From Delftia acidovorans NBRC 14950 (GTDB taxonomy: Bacteria > Pseudomonadota > Gammaproteobacteria > Burkholderiales > Burkholderiaceae_C), in the NCBI RefSeq assembly GCF_001598795.1, contig NZ_BCZP01000001.1, positions 150,001-182,000 of the forward strand: a DNA stretch of 32,000 nucleotides, read 5' to 3'. The notes under the pieces are model-generated. The model was not told the DNA's origin, made no database searches, and saw nothing but the letters and a program-made list of their open reading frames with translations. The position numbers and the translations under genes were made by a program. Positions 16,279 to 22,940 of the stretch are shown in pieces. Positions within the stretch are counted from its first letter, which is position 1, and each line of letters opens with the position of its first letter.

Positions 16279-18342
16279 CGAGGCGGGCTGTGTTGCAGCT
16301 GTGGCAAGGCCGCTGTCTTCGGGAATGCTGCTGGGCAGCGTCAGCGTGAAGCAGGTGCCGCCGCCCGGGGCTGGCGTGACCTGCACATCGCCGCCATGCA
16401 TCTGGGCCACGCGCCGGGCCACCCACAGCCCCAGGCCGAAGCCTCGGGTCTGGTCCGAACGCTCTCCGCGCTCGTGCAGCTCGAAGATGCGCTGCGCCAA
16501 CTCGGGCGCCAGGCCAGGGCCCTCGTCGCTGACGGTGAGTTCCAGCCTGCCCTGTCCGTCCTGGCGGGCGCATACGGCGATTTCTCCGGCCTGGGCGTAT
16601 TTCACGGCGTTGTCCACGAGGTTGGACAGGGCGATGCGCACCAGGGTGGGATCGCACTCCCAGGAGGCGGGGACGCCCTCAGTCTCCAGCTTCAGATGGT
16701 GGCGGCGCGACCAGTGCACGAGCTGCACGGCATCGTCGATCAGGTCCATCACGGGCACCCGGTCGAGCTGCAGCCGGAACGCAGGCGCGTCCAGTCGGTC
16801 GCTGACCAAGCAGTTGTCCACCAGGGCCGTGAGGCGCCTGCAGGCGCGGCGGATCTGGGCTGCGCGTTCCAGCTGGGAATCGATATCGGTGGACGGAAAA
16901 GTCAGTTGCTCGGTGGCCGCGCTGTCCACCACGGCCAGCGGCGTGCGGAATTCATGGTTGACCATGTTGAAGAACTGGCGCTGCTCCAGCCGCAGCGTGC
17001 GTTCGCCATGCAAGGCGGCCTGCAGCGCGTTTTGCGCATGCAGCAGCTCCGCCGTGCGTGTGCGCACCCGTCCTTCCAGCGCATGTTCCGACCGGGCCAG
17101 CGACTCCACCAGCTGCGCCTGCCTGCCCATGGAGTTTTGGAATTTCTCGACCAGGCTGGCGCCCACGGCAATGATGATGAGGATGTACAGCAGCAGCGAT
17201 TCCAGCTGCCAGTACATGCCTGCCTCAATGTCGGAAGACACCAGTCCCGTATAGGCCGCAGCCACGTGGATGCCCATGACCGTGTGCAGCGTGTAGGGAA
17301 TCAGCACCAGCAGGTTGACGATGCTGGGGCCCTGGCGGAACAGGTTCTGCCAGGCCACCAGCGCACTCAGCAGACTGGCCATCCAGGGCACGCTGACCCC
17401 CAGCCAGGCCCATTGCGTGTAGTGCCCCGTCGGTATGCTGAGTACGGCTAGCAGCGGTGCCACGGTCAGCAGCACCAGCATGCGATCGATGCGGCGCCAG
17501 GCCGTGCCGCGCGTCAAGGTCTCGCGTGCCTGCCAGGCAAAGGCGGCAGGCAGCAGGAAGACGCCCACGCTCACCCAGACATCCGCATGCGGCGCCCAGG
17601 GCTCGGGCAGCCACAGCTGGGCATAGCCGCGCACATTGGCGTTGTGGGTCAGCACCACGAAGGCCAGCAAGGTCATGGCCATCAGGCTGCGCATGCGCAG
17701 GGCCAGGGCCGCGCCCGCGATCAGCAGAGTCAGCACCAGGTTCACACCCTGATGCACACCCGATGCCCACTCGACGCTGGACAACCAGGCCATCAGCCCC
17801 GTGCTGCGCCAGACCGTGGCGTACAGCTGCATGGCGCTGCTGGTCTCGATGCGCAGCACAAAGGGCTGGCCAGCGCGCAGTGGAAACACCAGCTGGCGCA
17901 CATGGATGCGCTGAGCCATGGGCACGGTGTCACCGCTTTCCCTCGCCTGCCACAGGCCGTGCGCCTGCTGGTAGAGCGTGACCCTGTCCAGATAGGTGGG
18001 CGTGATCTCCAGCCACAGCGCATCGTTGTCGGCCAGCCCGCTTGTGGGCGCAAGCGCAGGCGTGGCAACCCTCACCCAGTAAGCATGGCGGGTATAGCCC
18101 TCGTTCAGAGGCGTGCGCCGGGTTTCGAAGGCATCATCGGGCAGGGCCGCGACCTGTTCAATGGTCATGCTGCGGCCCGCATCGGCAAGCACCTGCATGG
18201 GCAGGTCCTTGCCCAGACGCAGTCCCCCGTCAGGGGGAGGCATGGTTGCCGGGCTCAGCACGAAAAATGCGAGCAGCCCGAGCGAGACCATGATCCATGC
18301 AATAAATGTAAATTTTTGTGTGTTTCTCTGAACTGTGAGCAT
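16264..18342 (-). CDS. 7TMR-DISM sensor histidine kinase, paralogue 2
   Basis: Same architecture as paralogue 1, with the kinase core about 85% identical and the sensor plus 7TM part roughly 55-60% identical by eye. The stop TGA (16264-16266) lies inside codons 4-5 of paralogue 1, giving a 13-bp overlap. The start is uncertain: ATG 18342 (MLTVQRNTQKFTFIAW..., by analogy with paralogue 1), ATG 18360 or TTG 18399. Confidence 0.88.
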   Translation of the reverse strand: MLTVQRNTQKFTFIAWIMVSLGLLAFFVLSPATMPPPDGGLRLGKDLPMQVLADAGRSMTIEQVAALPDDAFETRRTPLNEGYTRHAYWVRVATPALAPTSGLADNDALWLEITPTYLDRVTLYQQAHGLWQARESGDTVPMAQRIHVRQLVFPLRAGQPFVLRIETSSAMQLYATVWRSTGLMAWLSSVEWASGVHQGVNLVLTLLIAGAALALRMRSLMAMTLLAFVVLTHNANVRGYAQLWLPEPWAPHADVWVSVGVFLLPAAFAWQARETLTRGTAWRRIDRMLVLLTVAPLLAVLSIPTGHYTQWAWLGVSVPWMASLLSALVAWQNLFRQGPSIVNLLVLIPYTLHTVMGIHVAAAYTGLVSSDIEAGMYWQLESLLLYILIIIAVGASLVEKFQNSMGRQAQLVESLARSEHALEGRVRTRTAELLHAQNALQAALHGERTLRLEQRQFFNMVNHEFRTPLAVVDSAATEQLTFPSTDIDSQLERAAQIRRACRRLTALVDNCLVSDRLDAPAFRLQLDRVPVMDLIDDAVQLVHWSRRHHLKLETEGVPASWECDPTLVRIALSNLVDNAVKYAQAGEIAVCARQDGQGRLELTVSDEGPGLAPELAQRIFELHERGERSDQTRGFGLGLWVARRVAQMHGGDVQVTPAPGGGTCFTLTLPSSIPEDSGLATAATQPASPCVS
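16907..17006 (-). repeat. 100-bp tract identical to 14832-14931, copy 2
   Basis: Same evidence as copy 1. Flanking sequence on both sides carries scattered mismatches. Confidence 0.95.
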
Positions 18343-18411
18343 TCGAGAGTGTTCGTGCATGGCGGCGGACGTTCGCCCCAATGAAAATCCGCGCACCAAT
18401 AGGCAAACATC
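18343..18411. promoter_or_regulatory. Divergent promoter region between kinase paralogue 2 and the response regulator
   Basis: Short intergenic region, at most 69 bp, flanked by locally AT-rich 5' gene ends (about 47-55% GC in 18300-18540). Specific -35/-10 elements were not confidently identified. Confidence 0.4.
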
Positions 18412-19113
18412 ATGCAGCAGACACTAGAGCCATCGATCGAGTTCACCGTCGCCGTCGTAGAGGACGACGAGGATATTCGTATCAATGTGTGTCGATTTTT
18501 AACAAAGTCTGGCTTGCATGCCTGGGGCACGGATTCTGCAGAAGACTTCTACATAAAGCTACTGCGTGAGAAGGCAGATCTGGTCGTCGTCGACCTGGGC
18601 CTGCCCGGCGAGGACGGCCTGAGCCTGGTCAAGCGCCTGGCCGAGCAGGAGATTCCCGTCGTGGTGCTCACGGCACGCGGCGATCTGGACAGCCGCATTG
18701 CCGGCCTCAATGCCGGCGCCCTGCAGTACTTCGTCAAGCCCACCGACATGAACGAGCTGGTGGCCGGCATCCGCTCCCAGCTGCGCCGCAACACGGGCCA
18801 GCCGGCCCGGGCGGCGGCACCTTTCCTGACTTGGCGCCTTGACCCCCTTTCGGCCTGCATGGTCGCGCCCAACCACCAGATCATCGCCCTGACCAGTCGC
18901 GAGCTGGAATTGCTCGGCTGCCTGATGGCAACCCCCGGAACCATGGTGGCCAAGCAGACCTTGATCGAGACCATGGGATACGCCGATGTGGATGACGGCT
19001 TCCACCGCATCGAATCGCAACTGACGCGGCTGCGCCGCAAGACCCTGGATATCTCCGGGCTGGCCCTGCCGGTGAGGGCAGTGTTCGGCCGAGGGCTGGT
19101 GTTCGTGCCTTAG
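18412..19113 (+). CDS. OmpR-family two-component response regulator (receiver + winged-helix DNA-binding domain)
   Basis: Receiver motifs are VAVVEDDEDI, the phospho-acceptor context LVVVDLGLPGEDG, VVVLTARGD and YFVKP. The C-terminal Trans_reg_C-like segment is LTSRELELLGCLMATPGTMVAKQTLIE...IESQLTRLRRK...VRAVFGRGLVFV. Confidence 0.92.
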   Translation: MQQTLEPSIEFTVAVVEDDEDIRINVCRFLTKSGLHAWGTDSAEDFYIKLLREKADLVVVDLGLPGEDGLSLVKRLAEQEIPVVVLTARGDLDSRIAGLNAGALQYFVKPTDMNELVAGIRSQLRRNTGQPARAAAPFLTWRLDPLSACMVAPNHQIIALTSRELELLGCLMATPGTMVAKQTLIETMGYADVDDGFHRIESQLTRLRRKTLDISGLALPVRAVFGRGLVFVP

Positions 19114-19310
19114 GCGCCTTTTTCTTCTCCATTTCAGCTTTTTGAACCGCAGCCGTCCGGGCATGCGGAAGGGATTCGTTCGCCCATTTTTTTGCTGCAG
19201 AAGCGCGTGCGCGTGCTTGGGCGGCTTGGTGCTGGCTGCGTGCGCAGGCGGACGGCGTGGGCCGTCGGAGTTTTCAACCGTGATCAAACACACATGAAGA
19301 GAGGAATGGT

Positions 19311-21776
19311 ATGGCGAGACAGAGTTTGCATATCCGGCCCGCAGGGCCGCGCATGAAGGCCTGGAGGCAGGCCAGAAGTCTGGTTGCAGCCGGCACCCTG
19401 GCAATGGTGGGTGCAGTTGCGCAGGCGGCATTTCTGAATGGGGACTTCGAGGCAGGGGACCTGACTGGCTGGACCCCCCAGGCCTGGACCAACAATGGCA
19501 CCCAGGCCAATCCGAAACGCTTGAGCGAGTTGCGCCTGCAGCCACCTGGCACCAAGTCCCATCTGGTCGAAATCGCCAGCGGCTCGGAAAGCGCCGCAGA
19601 CGAAGTCCTGTTCCGGGGTGACGCTGGCCAGTCCGCCCTCAAACTGACTTTGGCAGGCTCCCACTCTGCCCGTATCAACCTCAAGGCGAACAGCGCCACC
19701 CCAGCCAGCAACGTGATACCGCGGTCCAGCAAGGTCACGGGGGGACTCGCCGGCTGGACCCAGCAGGTCAATACGGCAAGTTCCATCACCCAGGAAGTGA
19801 CGCTGACTGCAGATGACATCGACCAGGACGGCAAGATCCACATCCGATTTGTCGCGGCGCCCGTGCTTGAGTACGCCAGCAATCACGGAGGCGAGGATCG
19901 CCCCTACTTTGCCATCTCGCTGGTCAAGACCTATGACGCCCAGACCTCCACGGATCTGACGGGCTCGCCCCAGGAGTTGTTCTTCAAGTACCACTACGGC
20001 GGCGAGCCGGGAGCACCCTGGAAGACCTTTACCGACAAGGGCGGTGCCATCCAGAACTACACCGACCCTCAGGCCTACGATGTCGCACCCGGCAATGCCT
20101 ACCTGCGGGTAGGCGACAAGGTCAGGCTGCAGGCCGTGGCCTCGGCCTGCAGTGCCGGTGGCCACGCAGGCCATCTGTACGTTGACAACTTCGGCACGAC
20201 CCTGCCCAAGACACTGTGGATCAGCGCGTCCGGGCCTGTCAGCGCGCCCAAGGCGGACGGCACGGAGATCACCTACACCTATACCTATACGAACAACGGC
20301 AGCACCCCGGTGAACAACGTGAAGGTCACGCCCGCGATGCCCGTGGGCACGGATGCGGGCATCAGTCCGACCACGTTCGTGTCACTGGCCGGCGATGGCG
20401 GCGCTTGCACGGCCCCGGCCGTGGGCAGTTCAGACCCTGCCCAGTGCGACTTTGGGACCCTGGCACCCGGGCAGTCGGGCACGTTCACGATGACCGTGAA
20501 GGTTCCTTTGGGCACGCCGTCAGACCAGATCAACAACGGCAACTACACCATCGGAGGCGACCTGACCTCGACCCTGCTCGGTGCCATGGTGCAGACCCAA
20601 TTGCTGGCTCCCGCGGCGAGCAGCGACATGGTGCCTGATGTCTCCGGACTCCCGCCCACCGCCGTGGTCGGCGTGCCCTACACCGGCAGCTTCTCCTGCA
20701 AGAACGATGGTGCAGCCAGCGCAGGCCAGGCCATCTGCGATGCCTCCGGTCTGCCCCCTGGCGTGACGGCAGGCCAATGCACGATAGACGGCGCGGCCTG
20801 GATGCAGCCCGGCGTGGTGCCTGCGGGCAAGACGGTGGTCTGCCAGGTCTCTGGTACACCGACGGGTCCAGGCGGCAGCTCGACGGTCACGGTGACCACG
20901 GGCGGCGACAACGACCTGACCCCGGGCAACAACACGACCACGTCGAACATCGCGGTCACCACAACGCCGGACATGCAGATCAATCTGAGCGGACTGCCCC
21001 CCACCTCGCCGCTGAACATTCCCTATAGCGGCAGCTTCACCTGCAGCAACCAGGGCCTGGCCAACGCCGTGAGCGGCACCTCCTGCGCCGTCACCGGCCT
21101 GCCGGCTGGCGTGACGCAAGGCGCATGCTCCATCAGCCCCGGCAATGCCGCGTGGGTGGCGGGCAATGCGGTGCCGGTGGGAGCCACGGTCACCTGTCAG
21201 GTGAGCGGTACGCCCACGGCCGCAGGTTCGTCCACGGTCACGGGCACCACGGGCGCAACGGATGATTCGAATGCGGCGAACAACACCGCGACCGTGAATG
21301 TGTCCACCGTTGCAGTGCCCGACATGGGCGTCGATCTGAGCGGCCTGCCGACCGCGTTCACGGCCGGCACGCCCTACAGCGGCAGTTTTGTCTGCAAGAA
21401 CCTGGGTTCGGTCGATGCATCGGCAGGCACCTCGTGCGCAGTCACGGGACTGCCCGCCGGTGTGAGCCAGGGAGCGTGCCGCATCAGCCCTGCCAATGCA
21501 GCCTGGTCGACAGGTGATGCCGTACCTGCGGGCGCCAGCGTGACCTGCACGGTCAGCGGAACGCCCAGCTCCGTGGGAGCCGTGACACTGACGGGCAGCA
21601 CCGGTGCGACCGGAGATGCCAACCCGGCCAACAACACGGCTTCCCGCGCAGCGGCAGGGGCCGTGTCGCCGGCCTCCATCCCCACGCTCTCCGAATGGGG
21701 CCTGATCCTGATGTCCGGCCTGATGGGCATCATGGGCTGGGGCATGGTGCGCCGCCGCCGCGCCAACCCGCTGTGA
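19311..21776 (+). CDS. Secreted multi-domain surface protein with a C-terminal IPTL-CTERM sorting signal
   Basis: GAGAGGA lies 6 nt upstream of ATG 19311. A signal peptide ends at AVAQA/AF. Domains in order:
- An N-terminal ~260-aa beta-rich domain opening NGDFEAGDLTGW (jelly-roll/CBM-like).
- A DUF11-type 'conserved repeat domain' (TEITYTYTYTNNGSTPVNNVKVT...GQSGTFTMTVKV).
- Three ~115-aa Cys4 repeats.
- The C-terminus IPTLSEWGLILMSGLMGIMGWGMVRRRR, made of motif, TM helix and basic cluster. Confidence 0.85.
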   Translation: MARQSLHIRPAGPRMKAWRQARSLVAAGTLAMVGAVAQAAFLNGDFEAGDLTGWTPQAWTNNGTQANPKRLSELRLQPPGTKSHLVEIASGSESAADEVLFRGDAGQSALKLTLAGSHSARINLKANSATPASNVIPRSSKVTGGLAGWTQQVNTASSITQEVTLTADDIDQDGKIHIRFVAAPVLEYASNHGGEDRPYFAISLVKTYDAQTSTDLTGSPQELFFKYHYGGEPGAPWKTFTDKGGAIQNYTDPQAYDVAPGNAYLRVGDKVRLQAVASACSAGGHAGHLYVDNFGTTLPKTLWISASGPVSAPKADGTEITYTYTYTNNGSTPVNNVKVTPAMPVGTDAGISPTTFVSLAGDGGACTAPAVGSSDPAQCDFGTLAPGQSGTFTMTVKVPLGTPSDQINNGNYTIGGDLTSTLLGAMVQTQLLAPAASSDMVPDVSGLPPTAVVGVPYTGSFSCKNDGAASAGQAICDASGLPPGVTAGQCTIDGAAWMQPGVVPAGKTVVCQVSGTPTGPGGSSTVTVTTGGDNDLTPGNNTTTSNIAVTTTPDMQINLSGLPPTSPLNIPYSGSFTCSNQGLANAVSGTSCAVTGLPAGVTQGACSISPGNAAWVAGNAVPVGATVTCQVSGTPTAAGSSTVTGTTGATDDSNAANNTATVNVSTVAVPDMGVDLSGLPTAFTAGTPYSGSFVCKNLGSVDASAGTSCAVTGLPAGVSQGACRISPANAAWSTGDAVPAGASVTCTVSGTPSSVGAVTLTGSTGATGDANPANNTASRAAAGAVSPASIPTLSEWGLILMSGLMGIMGWGMVRRRRANPL
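20625..21653 (+). repeat. Three tandem ~345-351-bp coding repeats (~115 aa each) inside the IPTL-CTERM protein
   Basis: Repeat starts are at residues D439, D554 and D671 (PDMxxxLSGLPxT). Each has the pattern PY(T/S)GSFxCxNxG...(A/T)xC(D/A)xxGLPxGVxxGxCxIxxxxAAW...VPxGxxVxCxVSGTP...NNT, with four conserved cysteines. Confidence 0.85.
21675..21773 (+). other. IPTL-CTERM tripartite sorting signal (coding segment)
   Basis: IPTLSEWG motif, a hydrophobic helix LILMSGLMGIMGWGMV and an RRRR basic cluster at the extreme C-terminus. Confidence 0.8.
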
Positions 21777-21798
21777 CCGGCAGTCGGTCGTGACACAG

Positions 21799-21823
21799 GG
21801 CGCCCTTCGGGGCGCCTTTTTTT
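21799..21823 (+). terminator. Rho-independent terminator after the IPTL-CTERM gene
   Basis: ggcgccc-ttcg-gggcgcc perfect 7-bp GC stem followed by T7 (21817-21823), 23 bp after the stop codon. Confidence 0.85.
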
Positions 21824-21898
21824 CATCTGGGCGCGGCCGCAGCCAATTGACTTGCTCAATGTGTGATCGAATAAGGGTTTATACCTAGCGATATCCCC

Positions 21899-22846
21899 AT
21901 GATCGTCCGTGATCGCCCCGCCGGCCTCAGGCTGTTTCTGATTTTGCGGGGCTCGGTGCTCCAGCGTATCCAGGTCACGCTGCTCGTGAACATCGTGTTC
22001 GCCGCCATCATCACTCTGGTGCATGGCAACCTGTTCGACGTCAAGATCACGGTGACGCCCATCCCTTTCACGCTGATCGGCCTGCCGCTGGCCATCTTCC
22101 TGGGCTTTCGCAACAACACCGCCTATGACCGCTACTGGGAAGGCCGCAAGCTCTGGGGTGAGATGGTGATCTGCGCGCGCACGCTGGCGCGCCAGTGCCA
22201 GAGCCTGATCGTCATCGACGGGGATCCGGACCCGGCCCGGCGCAGCAGCGATGTGCGCGTGCGCATGGTGCACCGGGCGATCGCCTTTGCGCATCTGCTG
22301 CGGACGCAGTTGCGCGGGCTGCACGAGGATGTGGCCGCAGGCCGCTGGCTGGTGGACAAGGAATGGCGCCAGCTCCAGGGTATGCCGCTGGAGCAGCGCT
22401 GCGACGCACTGATGATGTCCATGGGCCGCGATCTGGCGCAGTGCGTGCGCCGGGGCGAGATGGACCCCTGCCTGGCCGCGTCCATGGACAAGACCTTCAC
22501 GCGCATGACGGCGGCAGCCGCCTCGTGCGAGCGCATTCGCAACACGCCCATGCCGTTCTCCTATGCGCTGCTGCTGCACCGCACGGCCTATATGTACTGC
22601 TTTCTGCTGCCGTTCGGCCTAGTGGACACGACCGGGTTCATGACGCCCTTTGTCGTGGCCATCGTGGCCTACACCTTCTATGGGCTCGACGCCCTTGGCG
22701 ATGAACTCGAAGAGCCCTTTGGCCTGGAGAGCAACGACCTGCCGCTGGACACCATCTGTCGCTCCATCGAGATCAGCCTGGGATGCACGCTGGGCGAGAC
22801 GGATCTGCCGGCACCGCTCAGGCCGGAGGGCTACCGGCTGACCTGA
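21899..22846 (+). CDS. Bestrophin-family (UPF0187/YneE-like) ion channel
   Basis: MIVRDRP...LRGSVL...PFTLIGLPLAIFLGFRNNTAYDRYWEGRKLWG is the characteristic bestrophin N-terminal signature, and the length is ~315 aa. No obvious SD precedes ATG 21899. A TTGACT hexamer at 21847-21852 could be a -35 element (weak). Confidence 0.85.
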   Translation: MIVRDRPAGLRLFLILRGSVLQRIQVTLLVNIVFAAIITLVHGNLFDVKITVTPIPFTLIGLPLAIFLGFRNNTAYDRYWEGRKLWGEMVICARTLARQCQSLIVIDGDPDPARRSSDVRVRMVHRAIAFAHLLRTQLRGLHEDVAAGRWLVDKEWRQLQGMPLEQRCDALMMSMGRDLAQCVRRGEMDPCLAASMDKTFTRMTAAAASCERIRNTPMPFSYALLLHRTAYMYCFLLPFGLVDTTGFMTPFVVAIVAYTFYGLDALGDELEEPFGLESNDLPLDTICRSIEISLGCTLGETDLPAPLRPEGYRLT

Positions 22847-22877
22847 GACGGCGGGCAGACATGGGCAAAGGCCCATG

Positions 22878-22904
22878 AAAAAGCCCCGCAGTTTTCTGCG
22901 GGGC
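22878..22904 (-). terminator. Rho-independent terminator downstream of the acyl-CoA dehydrogenase pair (possibly bidirectional)
   Basis: gccccgcag-tttt-ctgcggggc 9-bp stem (22883-22904). On the minus strand it is followed by T5 (plus-strand aaaaa 22878-22882). A second small hairpin, atgggc-aaag-gcccat, sits at 22861-22876. Confidence 0.75.
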
Positions 22905-22940
22905 CTGGTGTGGTGCGGTGCGGCGCGGTGAGGTCAGACC

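Larger units (their letters stand above)
14207..18342 (-). repeat. Tandem gene duplication (two ~2.07-kb histidine-kinase units in direct orientation)
   Basis: The two translated proteins align along their whole length. The DNA offset between equivalent positions in the kinase core is 2075 bp. Confidence 0.85.

Noticed and set aside
14207-16657. The 816-aa reading of kinase paralogue 1. Similar 5' extensions occur in the ORFs ending or starting at 3893, 7340, 10923, 25343, 26183, 27182, 27029 and 28554.
   Set aside because: The extensions are Arg/Pro/Gly-rich, overlap neighbouring genes or AT-rich promoters, or begin at TTG in the track. Internal ATGs give N-termini typical of each family, and several have SD sequences.
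18351-18375. GTTCG pentamers exactly 20 bp apart in the kinase/regulator divergent region, considered as an OmpR-type autoregulatory site.
   Set aside because: A repeated 5-mer at this spacing is easily a chance occurrence and lies within possible kinase-2 coding sequence, depending on which start is used. There is no support without comparative data.
19163-19297. A small Cys-rich ORF of 44 codons (MRKGFVRPFFCCRSACACLGGLVLAACAGGRRGPSEFSTVIKHT) with a lipobox-like LAAC, lying between the response regulator and the IPTL-CTERM gene.
   Set aside because: It has no Shine-Dalgarno and an Arg interrupts the putative h-region. ORFs of this size arise by chance at this GC content. I kept it only as something to look for in ribosome-profiling or peptidomics data.
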